DNA of 25,702 bases from a candidate division WOR-3 bacterium (lineage in GTDB: Bacteria > Hydrothermota > Hydrothermia > Hydrothermales > Hydrothermaceae), in contig JBDRZD010000028.1 of NCBI GenBank assembly GCA_039803745.1, positions 1-25,702 of the forward strand. Reading direction: 5' to 3'. The notes under the pieces are model-generated. The model made no database searches. It saw only the letters and a list, made by a program, of their open reading frames with translations, and had not been told where the DNA came from. Positions 17,235 to 25,005 of this stretch are shown here, one piece after another. Each line of letters opens with the position of its first letter. Position 1 is the first letter of the stretch. The translations under genes and the position numbers were made by a program.

Positions 17235-18944
17235 ATGGAAATTTTAAATTATGACATAATAATTGTTGGGGCAGGTCTTGCAGGTTTAAGGGCAGCAGTA
17301 GAAGTTTGCAGGAAAAATGAAAAGTTAAAAGTTGCAATTGTTTCAAAGGTTATGCTTATGAGGGCACATTCAGTATGTGCAGAAGGTGGAACAGCAGCAG
17401 TTTTAAACCCTGAAGCAGGTGATTCCTTTGAACTCCATGCATGGGATACTGTAAAGGGTGCTGATTTTTTAGCAGATCAGGATGTTGTTATGAGGTTTGT
17501 TAAAATGTGTCCTGAAGAGATATATTTACTTGAACACTGGGGAATACCATGGTCAAGAAAGGAAGATGGAAGAATAAATCAAAGACCATTTGGAGGACAT
17601 ACATATCCAAGGGCAACATTTGCGGAAGATAAAACAGGTTTTTTTGAAATGCAAACATTATATGATACTCTGCAGAAATTTGATAACTGGGATAGGTTTG
17701 AAGAGGTATTTGTTACAAAATTATTTATAGAAGATGGAAAATTTCATGGATTATATGCCTATGATATGGTAAACGGGAAATTTATTGTTTTAAAGGGAAA
17801 GGCAGTAATAATGGCAACAGGTGGTGGAGGAAGAATATACGCTTTTACAACATTCTCTCACAGTGTAACAGGTGATGGACTTGCTCTTGCTTATAGAGAA
17901 GGTGTGCCTTTAAAAGATATGGAATTTATGCAATTCCATCCAACAGGTCTTGTTCCTTCAGGAATTTTAATGACAGAGGCATGCAGAGGAGAAGGAGGAT
18001 ATTTAAGAAATAATAAAGGTGAAAGATTCATGGAAAAATATGCACCTGATAAAATGGAACTTGCCCCAAGGGATATAATTTCAAGGGCTGAAATGACAGA
18101 AATACTTGAAGGAAGAGGATTTAAAGGTCCTGAAGGACTTGATTATATCCATCTTGATTTAACCCATCTTGGAAGGGAAAGAATTTTAGAAAGACTCCCT
18201 TTAATAAGAGAAGTAACAATAAAATATATAGGGCTTGACCCAATTGAAAAACCAATTCCTGTAAGACCTGTTCAACATTATACAATGGGAGGAATTGATG
18301 TTGATATTGATGGAAGAAGTAAGGTTCCAAACTTATTTGCAGCAGGTGAGGTTGCCTGTAATGGGCTTCATGGAGCAAACAGGCTCGGAACAAATTCAAC
18401 AGCAGAATGCCTTGTTTGGGGAAGAATAACAGGTGAAAAGGCACTTGAATTTGTTTTAAATGAAAAATTTGAGCCAAAAATAAGTGAAGGAAAAATAAAG
18501 GATGAAGAAAATAGAATTAAGAAAATATTTGAAATGGATGGTAAAGAAAATTTATATACTTTAAGAAAAGAGTTAAGACAAACAATGGATAAATATGTTG
18601 GTGTTTTTAGAGACAAAGAGGGACTTGAAACAGCAATAAAAAAGATAAGGGAAATAAAAGAAAGAATTAAAAATGTTAAAATAAATGATAAAAGTCTTTA
18701 TTATAATACTGATTTAACATCCTATCTTGAACTTGAAAATATGGTAGATGTAGCAGAGGTTGTTGCAGTTTCAGCATTTGAAAGAAAAGAGTCAAGGGGA
18801 GCACATGCAAGAAGGGATTATCCAAAAAGGGATGATGTAAATTATTTAAAGCATACAATTGCTGAATATACAAAGGATGGACCAAAAATTTCTTATAGAG
18901 ATGTAAAAATTACAATATGGAAACCTGTTGAAAGAAAATATTAA
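17235..18944 (+). CDS. sdhA: Succinate dehydrogenase/fumarate reductase flavoprotein subunit
   Basis: GAGLAGLRAA, RAHSVCAEGG (covalent-FAD His), QRPFGG, QFHPTG, TEACRGEGG, ELAPRD, HYTMGG, HGANRLG, RKESRGAH. AGGAGG SD. Confidence 0.95.
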   Translation: MEILNYDIIIVGAGLAGLRAAVEVCRKNEKLKVAIVSKVMLMRAHSVCAEGGTAAVLNPEAGDSFELHAWDTVKGADFLADQDVVMRFVKMCPEEIYLLEHWGIPWSRKEDGRINQRPFGGHTYPRATFAEDKTGFFEMQTLYDTLQKFDNWDRFEEVFVTKLFIEDGKFHGLYAYDMVNGKFIVLKGKAVIMATGGGGRIYAFTTFSHSVTGDGLALAYREGVPLKDMEFMQFHPTGLVPSGILMTEACRGEGGYLRNNKGERFMEKYAPDKMELAPRDIISRAEMTEILEGRGFKGPEGLDYIHLDLTHLGRERILERLPLIREVTIKYIGLDPIEKPIPVRPVQHYTMGGIDVDIDGRSKVPNLFAAGEVACNGLHGANRLGTNSTAECLVWGRITGEKALEFVLNEKFEPKISEGKIKDEENRIKKIFEMDGKENLYTLRKELRQTMDKYVGVFRDKEGLETAIKKIREIKERIKNVKINDKSLYYNTDLTSYLELENMVDVAEVVAVSAFERKESRGAHARRDYPKRDDVNYLKHTIAEYTKDGPKISYRDVKITIWKPVERKY

Positions 18945-18954
18945 GGAGGGAAAA

Positions 18955-19410
18955 GTGGTAAAAAATAAAAGGGGAATTTTAGGGTGGATTTATTTAAAAG
19001 GAGGAAATTTTGAAAGATATCTTTATGCACTTCACAGGATAACAGGGTTTATCCTTGTTGTTTATATAACATTTCACATAATTCTGATGGGTTCAAGAAG
19101 TTTTTCTGAAGATGCGTGGAAAAAAGTCCTTGGATTTTTAGGAATAACTATTGAAAATGGAGTTTATAAAACAAATCCTTTAGTCCATTTTCTTGAATAT
19201 CTTCTTATTCTTGTAATCCTTTTTCATGCCTTTAATGGAATGAGACTGATATTCACAGAAATTGGATTTTTAATCGGGAAACCATCAAGACCTGAATATC
19301 CCTATATTCCAAAATCAATAGTTTCTTCGCGCCCCTTCATGATTTTCCTGATGATAATAGCCTTTTTCTTTGCAATAATTGGAATATATGAATTCTTTTT
19401 AATCCATTAA
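18955..19410 (+). CDS. sdhC: Succinate dehydrogenase cytochrome b subunit C
   Basis: LHRITG, FH and FHAFNGMR heme-type motifs with three TM segments. The in-frame GTG at 18955 follows AGGAGG (18944-49) and is a better start than the TTG at 18928. Confidence 0.85.
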   Translation: MVKNKRGILGWIYLKGGNFERYLYALHRITGFILVVYITFHIILMGSRSFSEDAWKKVLGFLGITIENGVYKTNPLVHFLEYLLILVILFHAFNGMRLIFTEIGFLIGKPSRPEYPYIPKSIVSSRPFMIFLMIIAFFFAIIGIYEFFLIH

Positions 19411-19420
19411 GGAGGATAAG

Positions 19421-19780
19421 ATGAGAAAAATAGTTTTCTGGGGAATGCATCTTTTAGCAGGATTTTTAATATTTTTCTTTCTCTTATGGCACATTTTCTA
19501 TATGCATTATCAATCATTAACAAAAGCAATTGGATTTGGAACCCATTATCCTCTTATTTTTTCAGAAGTTGTTGCAAGAGCAAAAACAGCCGGTTTTAAA
19601 ATTGCCTATGTTTTATTTTTGATTTTTGTTCTTTATCATGCCTTCTATGGATTAAAAAATATTTTAATTGAAACAGAATTTGGAAAAAAGTTTGAAATTC
19701 CTATAAAAATTCTGATTATATTATTTGCAACATTTCTTTTTATATATGGAATCTTCACAACATTAAAGATTGGAGGATAA
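19421..19780 (+). CDS. sdhD: Succinate dehydrogenase membrane anchor subunit D
   Basis: 119 aa, three TM segments, WHIFYMH and YHAFYGLKNIL His motifs, GGAGG SD, located between sdhC and sdhB. Confidence 0.8.
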   Translation: MRKIVFWGMHLLAGFLIFFFLLWHIFYMHYQSLTKAIGFGTHYPLIFSEVVARAKTAGFKIAYVLFLIFVLYHAFYGLKNILIETEFGKKFEIPIKILIILFATFLFIYGIFTTLKIGG

Positions 19781-19781
19781 G

Positions 19782-20585
19782 ATGAAAGAAATAATTTTTA
19801 AAATTTTGAGATTTGATCCAGAAAAAGATAAAAAACCCTATTTTAAGGAATACAAGATAAGCGTAAAAGAGGGGGATACTGTTCTTGATGCCCTCATTTA
19901 TATAAAAGAGAATATTGACTCAACCCTTTCAATAAGATATTCATGCAGAATGGGGATATGCGGCTCCTGTGGAATGATAATAAACTCAAAACCAGAACTT
20001 GCATGCCATACACAGATATTTGAATTAAAATCAAACATAATTGAGGTAAGACCAATGCATAATTTACCTATTATAAAGGACCTTGTTACAAATCTTTCTG
20101 ATTATATTAAAAAACATAGAAGCGTAAAACCATATATAATAAGGGATGATAAAGAGGAAATGGATAAACCAAAAAGAGAGTATGCACAGATGCCAGATGA
20201 ACTTCTTAAATTTCTTCAATTTTCTTATTGTATAAAGTGTGGATTATGTATAACACAATGTCCTACATGCTCTGCCTATGAAGGATTTTTAGGACCTTTC
20301 GTTTTAGCACAAGCATATAGATATTCAATTGATTCAAGAGACAAAGGAATAAATGAAAGAATAAAAATAGTTGAATCTTCATTACCAAATTGCCATTTTG
20401 CAACTGCCTGCTCTTCTGCCTGTCCAAAAGGAGTTGACCCAGCACTTGCAATTCAACTTTTAAAAAGAATTTCTATGCTAAATTCATTAGGAATTTTTAA
20501 GAAAAAGATTTCAGAAATTGCACCAGAGCCTTCTCCTTCACCTGATAAGGATAAATACCCAAAGGCACCGCCACCAAGTGTTTAA
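19782..20585 (+). CDS. sdhB: Succinate dehydrogenase iron-sulfur subunit
   Basis: SCRMGICGSC...AC ([2Fe-2S]), CIKCGLCITQCP ([4Fe-4S]), CHFATACSSACP ([3Fe-4S]). ATG at 19782 behind GGAGG is preferred over 19770. Confidence 0.93.
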   Translation: MKEIIFKILRFDPEKDKKPYFKEYKISVKEGDTVLDALIYIKENIDSTLSIRYSCRMGICGSCGMIINSKPELACHTQIFELKSNIIEVRPMHNLPIIKDLVTNLSDYIKKHRSVKPYIIRDDKEEMDKPKREYAQMPDELLKFLQFSYCIKCGLCITQCPTCSAYEGFLGPFVLAQAYRYSIDSRDKGINERIKIVESSLPNCHFATACSSACPKGVDPALAIQLLKRISMLNSLGIFKKKISEIAPEPSPSPDKDKYPKAPPPSV

Positions 20586-21099
20586 TTTGAAAGATGAATT
20601 AATTGTAATATTCACTTCGCTTCTCCCAATCTCAGAATTAAGGGGTGCAATTCCTCTCGCAATTTTTAAATTTAAATTTCCTTTATGGAAAGCCTTTATT
20701 TTAAGCATAATTGGAAATACAATTCCTGTAATTTTTTTAATTTTTTTTCTCGAAATTATTGAAAGAGGCTTCTCAAGAATAAAATTTTTAAAAAAAATAT
20801 TTGACTCCTTGAAAAAAAGAGCATTAAAAAGAAAAAAAATTTATGAAAAATACGAAATATTTGGAATATACATCTTTGTTGCAATTCCCCTTCCATTCAC
20901 AGGTGCATGGACAGGTTGCCTTCTTTCTTATCTTTTAAAACTCAATCCTTTAAAGGCATTTATCTCCATATTCTTTGGAATTATAACAGCAGGATTAGTT
21001 GTAAGTTTAATTATAACAGTTGGAATAAAATTTGGTATCTTGACGGGAATTTTGTTCGGAATATTGTTTCTCTTTATACTTAATTTATTAACAAGATGA
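20578..21099 (+). CDS. COG2426 'small multi-drug export' family membrane protein
   Basis: LLPISELRGAIP, SIIGN, FVAIPLPFTGAWTG motifs. The start is likely GTG 20578 (or TTG 20587), not 20518. Confidence 0.85.
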   Translation: MFNLKDELIVIFTSLLPISELRGAIPLAIFKFKFPLWKAFILSIIGNTIPVIFLIFFLEIIERGFSRIKFLKKIFDSLKKRALKRKKIYEKYEIFGIYIFVAIPLPFTGAWTGCLLSYLLKLNPLKAFISIFFGIITAGLVVSLIITVGIKFGILTGILFGILFLFILNLLTR

Positions 21100-21800
21100 A
21101 AATCTTAAACTTGCTTTTTGGATTTGTTCTCGGTAAAAAATATATATACAATGTATATTATGGAATAATTGGAGCAGGCATTGCTCAGGTTGAGATTCCT
21201 GAAATAATAATTCATAGGGATATTCCCTGTTATAGAATTGTTGCATCAGGGTATACAAATAAATTTTTTTCTTTGATTTTTAATGTAAATGATAGAGTTG
21301 AATCTTATATAGATACACATAATTTAAGGACAATTAGATATGAAAAACATTTAAATGAAGGAACATGGAAACAGGATGAATATGTTGAATTTTTTCCTGA
21401 AAAGGAAATTGCAATTTATTCAAAGGGTGATACAGTTTTACTTTTACCAAATTCCCTTGATGTTGCAGGAATTCTTTTTATGATAAGGAAAATGAATATA
21501 GAAGTTGGTGAAACAATCTCGGTAAATCTTCATCTGGATAGAAGAAATTGCAATTTAAAAATATTTGTTGAAAGGGAAGAAGAAATTGAAACAGGAATGG
21601 GAAAAGAAAAAGCCTATCTTTTAAAACTTTTACAGGAAAAAAAGGTATGTGGTGGAAAATCAGGACTTGAAACAATTTTTGGCTCAAAAGGTGGTCTTTC
21701 TGTATGGATTTCAAAGGATGAAGAAAGAAAAATTTTAAAAATTTCTGCAAAAGTATTTTTTGGCTCAATTAGAGCAATTTTAAAGGAGATAAGGGAATGA
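21096..21800 (+). CDS. DUF3108 domain protein (putative exported)
   Basis: YNVYYGIIGAG, FFSLIFNVNDRVESYID, EEIETGMG, VWISKDEERKILKI, FGSIRAIL pattern typical of DUF3108. Confidence 0.75.
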   Translation: MKILNLLFGFVLGKKYIYNVYYGIIGAGIAQVEIPEIIIHRDIPCYRIVASGYTNKFFSLIFNVNDRVESYIDTHNLRTIRYEKHLNEGTWKQDEYVEFFPEKEIAIYSKGDTVLLLPNSLDVAGILFMIRKMNIEVGETISVNLHLDRRNCNLKIFVEREEEIETGMGKEKAYLLKLLQEKKVCGGKSGLETIFGSKGGLSVWISKDEERKILKISAKVFFGSIRAILKEIRE

Positions 21801-22720
21801 GCCCAACAAGTGGGCCTTTTTATATTGAATCATTCTTTGGAAAACATTTGTATCATTATAAGATAAAAAACTGGATTTTAAGGAAAAAGACAAATTATCA
21901 ACTTGTTGATATATGTGAACTTGAATTCTTCGGGAAAACAGTTTTCCTTGATGAAAAAATACAATCTGCACAGGTTGATGAGTTCATTTATCATGAGGCA
22001 CTTACCCATCCTGCAATGCTTTTAAATGAAAATCCAGAAGAGGTTTATATAATAGGAGGAGGTGAAGGAGCAACATTAAGGGAAGTATTAAAACATAATG
22101 TAAAAAGATGTATCATGTGTGATATAGATGAAGAATTTGTTAAAATATGTAAAGAATATCTTCCTGAATGGCATATGGGAAGTTTTGACGATAAAAGAAG
22201 TATTTTAATCTTTAAAGATGCAAGAAAGGAACTTGAAGAAAGGAATGATAAATTTGATGTTATAATATCTGATTTAACAGAGCCAATAGAAGGTGGACCC
22301 TCTTCTTATCTTTTTACATTAGAATTTTATGAAATAATAAAGAAAAAACTAAAAGATAATGGAATATTTGCAACTCAGGCAGGAAGCACTATTCCTTATT
22401 ATAATTTATTTTTTTGTTCAATATACAAAACATTAAAGAAAGTTTTTGAATTTGTTCTTCCTTATGAAATATACATGCCTTCCTTTAATATGTCATGGGG
22501 ATTTTTTATTGCCTCCTCAAAAAATTTTATAAAAAATATAAATTGTGAACTATTTGAAATAAAAATAAAAGATAGAAATATTTTTGAAAAACTCAAATTT
22601 CTGACTCCACCATATCTTGAAAAAATTTTTATAATTCCAAAGAATTTAAAAAAAGATTTAGAGGAAAAAGGAAGAATTTTAAGGGATGAAAAACCTTTTG
22701 TCTGGGAGATTGAAAAATAA
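21797..22720 (+). CDS. speE: Polyamine aminopropyltransferase (spermidine synthase family, Thermus-type)
   Basis: FGKTVFLDEKIQSA, DEFIYHEALTHP, IIGGGEGATLRE, CDID, DVIISDLTEP, LFTLEFY. Confidence 0.92.
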   Translation: MSPTSGPFYIESFFGKHLYHYKIKNWILRKKTNYQLVDICELEFFGKTVFLDEKIQSAQVDEFIYHEALTHPAMLLNENPEEVYIIGGGEGATLREVLKHNVKRCIMCDIDEEFVKICKEYLPEWHMGSFDDKRSILIFKDARKELEERNDKFDVIISDLTEPIEGGPSSYLFTLEFYEIIKKKLKDNGIFATQAGSTIPYYNLFFCSIYKTLKKVFEFVLPYEIYMPSFNMSWGFFIASSKNFIKNINCELFEIKIKDRNIFEKLKFLTPPYLEKIFIIPKNLKKDLEEKGRILRDEKPFVWEIEK

Positions 22721-22739
22721 AATTAATTTTTTATATAAT
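22710..22739 (+). promoter_or_regulatory. Putative sigma70 promoter for yebC-ruvC-ruvA
   Basis: TTGAAA (22710-15)-N18-TATAAT (22734-39), then GAGGTG SD (22752-57). The AT-rich background lowers specificity. Confidence 0.55.
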
Positions 22740-22761
22740 ATAAAAACTGAAGAGGTGAAAA

Positions 22762-23514
22762 ATGGCAGGACATTCAAAATGGGCACAGGTTAAGCATAAA
22801 AAGGAAAAGGTTGATAAAGAAAAGGGTAAAATTTTCAATAAACTCATAAGGGAAATCACTGTTGCAGCAAGACTTGGAGGTAAAGACCCTGAATTTAATC
22901 CAAGATTAAGGCTTGCGATAGAAAGAGCAAAATCCCATAATATGCCATGGGAAAATATTGAAAGGGCAATTAAAAAAGGAACAGGCGAACTTGAAGGTGT
23001 AAAATATGAAGAGGTGATATATGAGGGATACGGGCCAGGTGGAGTTGCAATAATTGTTGAAGCAACAACTGATAATAAGAATAGAACAATAAACGAAATA
23101 AGACATATCTTTTCAAAATATGGTGGAAACCTTGGAATAACAGGATGCGTATCCTGGCAATTTAAAGAAGAAGGTGTTTTAAATGTTCCAAAAGAGGCAA
23201 TAAGTGAAGAAGAAATTTTTGAGATAGCAATTGAGGCAGGTGCTGAGGATATAAAAGTAGAAGGAGAAAATTACGAAATAATATGCAAACCTGAAAATTT
23301 TTATAATTTAAAGAAGGTATTAAGTGAAAAAGGGTTACCGGTGGAAGGTGATATAATGAAAATACCAACTTCAACAACAAAGGTTGAAGGGAAAAAGGCT
23401 GAGCAACTTTTAAAACTTCTTCAAGCACTTGAAGAACACGATGATGTTCAAAGAACTTATTCAAACTTTGAAATAGAAGAAAAAGAATTTGAAATTTTAA
23501 CAAAATCAATTTGA
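22762..23514 (+). CDS. yebC: YebC/PmpR family protein
   Basis: MAGHSKWAQVKHKK, NPRLRLAI, YEGYGPGGVA, TDNKNRT, LEEHDDVQRTYSN. Confidence 0.96.
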   Translation: MAGHSKWAQVKHKKEKVDKEKGKIFNKLIREITVAARLGGKDPEFNPRLRLAIERAKSHNMPWENIERAIKKGTGELEGVKYEEVIYEGYGPGGVAIIVEATTDNKNRTINEIRHIFSKYGGNLGITGCVSWQFKEEGVLNVPKEAISEEEIFEIAIEAGAEDIKVEGENYEIICKPENFYNLKKVLSEKGLPVEGDIMKIPTSTTKVEGKKAEQLLKLLQALEEHDDVQRTYSNFEIEEKEFEILTKSI

Positions 23515-24035
23515 AAATACACAAGATAAGTTCAAATTTAAAGGAAAGAGAAAAGAGAAGAATTTCGGGGGTTTTAAAGAGATCAAATTTAAAAATACTT
23601 GGAATAGATCCCGGATTAAAAGAAACAGGTTATGGAATAATTGATGAAAATTATAAATTAATTGATTTTGGAATAATCAAAGGTAAAGATTTTTTTGAGC
23701 AAATAAAAAAGTTTGAAAAAATTATAGGAAATAAAAAAATAGATTTTGCATTTATTGAAGATGTCTTTTCCTATAAAAATCCCCGTTTGTCATTAAAATT
23801 AGGAGAGGTAAGAGGTGCATTTATTTATTTACTTAAAAAAAGAAAGATAAAAGTTTTAAGTTTAACAAATTCAGAAATAAAAAGAATATTAACTGGAAAT
23901 GGAAGGGCGAGCAAAAGACAGGTTCAATTTATGGTTTCAAGTTTCCTTTCATTAAGAAAAAATATTCCAGAACATGTATCGGATGCGCTCGCCTGTGCAA
24001 TTGCAGGCTTTTTAAATAAAGAAAATGTTCTTTAA
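23511..24035 (+). CDS. ruvC: Holliday junction resolvase RuvC
   Basis: ILGIDPGLKETGYGII, FIEDVF, LGEVRG, TGNGRASKRQVQFMV, HVSDALACAI. The start is uncertain because there is a ~25 aa basic extension before the core. Confidence 0.9.
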   Translation: MKIHKISSNLKEREKRRISGVLKRSNLKILGIDPGLKETGYGIIDENYKLIDFGIIKGKDFFEQIKKFEKIIGNKKIDFAFIEDVFSYKNPRLSLKLGEVRGAFIYLLKKRKIKVLSLTNSEIKRILTGNGRASKRQVQFMVSSFLSLRKNIPEHVSDALACAIAGFLNKENVL

Positions 24036-24594
24036 AATAAAAGGTAAAATAATTTATAAAGAGCCTTTTAAATTAGGGGTAGAAGTAGAATTTGGTGAAT
24101 CAAGCATCACTTATGAAATTTTAACCCCTTTAAAAATTTATGAAAAATACAAAGAAGGGGATAAGATAGAACTTTTTATTTATACTTATTTAAAAGAGGA
24201 TGAATTTTCCCTTTATGGATTTGAAAAAAAGGAAGAAAAAGATATTTTTGAAAAAATAATTTCTGTTCCGGGGATTGGTCCCCGTCTTGGTCTTCAAATA
24301 ATTTCAAACTATTCTCCTTCTGAAATTTCAGAGATTGTTGAAAATGAAGATATAAAAAAACTTTCAAAAATAAAAGGGGTTGGAACAAAAAGGGCATCAA
24401 GAATTATATTTGAATTAAAAGAAAAAATACCTTCTTTTAAAACATTTACAGATATAGAAAGGGAAGCATTAAAAGTTTTAATAAATCTTGGATTAAAAAA
24501 GAAAGAGGCAGAAGAAATCCTTTATAGTGCTTTAAAAGGGAAAAAATTTGAAAGTGTTGAAGAGATTTTAAAAGAAATATTTAAAACATTTTAA
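24025..24594 (+). CDS. ruvA: Holliday junction branch migration protein RuvA
   Basis: IKGKI, LYGF...EKDIF, HhH motifs SVPGIGPRLG and IKGVGTKRASRII, C-terminal ALKVLINLG. Confidence 0.92.
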   Translation: MFFKIKGKIIYKEPFKLGVEVEFGESSITYEILTPLKIYEKYKEGDKIELFIYTYLKEDEFSLYGFEKKEEKDIFEKIISVPGIGPRLGLQIISNYSPSEISEIVENEDIKKLSKIKGVGTKRASRIIFELKEKIPSFKTFTDIEREALKVLINLGLKKKEAEEILYSALKGKKFESVEEILKEIFKTF

Positions 24595-24613
24595 TTTCTT
24601 TTATTTTTTACTT

Positions 24614-24640
24614 TATAATATATTAAATTTTTAAAGGAGG
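24614..24640 (+). promoter_or_regulatory. Putative -10 element and SD upstream of the Roadblock gene
   Basis: TATAAT at 24614-19 and AAGGAGG at 24634-40 in the 50-bp gap. No convincing -35. Confidence 0.4.
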
Positions 24641-24644
24641 GTTT

Positions 24645-25004
24645 ATGGATTTACAAAGAATTCTTGAAGAAACATTAAATAAAATAGCAGGAGCAAACTA
24701 TGTATCCTGTGTTGGAATGGATGGAATTGCACTTTCACAGGCAATAAAAGAAACACCATTTGACCCTGCAATCCTTGATGCTGAAATTGCAAATCTTGTT
24801 GGATATTCATTAAAAGCATGTGAAAGTATTGATGGAGGAGAATTTGAAGAAATATTCTTTTCTACAGATAAATACTTAATTCTTGCAAGAAAGATAAATA
24901 AGGATGCTTTTTTAATAGTTGCCCTTTCTGAAATTAAAAATCTTGGGCTTGCAAGAATTCAGGCTAAAAAGGCAACAGAGGAATTAAAGAAAGTATTAGA
25001 ATAA
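24645..25004 (+). CDS. Roadblock/LC7 domain protein (MglB-like)
   Basis: 119 aa with the Roadblock pattern IAGANYVSCVGMDGIAL...GEFEEIFF...NLGLARIQAKK. Strong SD. Confidence 0.85.
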   Translation: MDLQRILEETLNKIAGANYVSCVGMDGIALSQAIKETPFDPAILDAEIANLVGYSLKACESIDGGEFEEIFFSTDKYLILARKINKDAFLIVALSEIKNLGLARIQAKKATEELKKVLE

Positions 25005-25005
25005 A

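Noticed and set aside
18928..20577. Longest-ORF starts for sdhC (18928), sdhB (19770) and COG2426 (20518); likewise pit (10310)
   Set aside because: Downstream starts have better SD or stop-start coupling and avoid long overlaps, so the extensions look artefactual.
20520..20585. Pro-rich SdhB tail (APEPSPSPDKDKYPKAPPPSV) as a frameshift artefact
   Set aside because: All Fe-S motifs are complete upstream and the stop overlaps the next gene's likely start, so it is probably a genuine low-complexity tail.
8266..23514. Possible TGA readthrough or alternative genetic code at TGA stops (8269, 11690, 21800, 23514)
   Set aside because: Each TGA is part of a normal ATGA/TTGA stop-start overlap at the expected protein end, and Trp is encoded by TGG throughout.
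2843..24400. Numerous short antisense or alternate-frame ORFs in the track (e.g. 4857-5339, 13876-14208, 18121-18477, 23162-23524)
   Set aside because: They lie within or across well-supported genes, have no recognisable motifs or SD, and show shadow-ORF composition.
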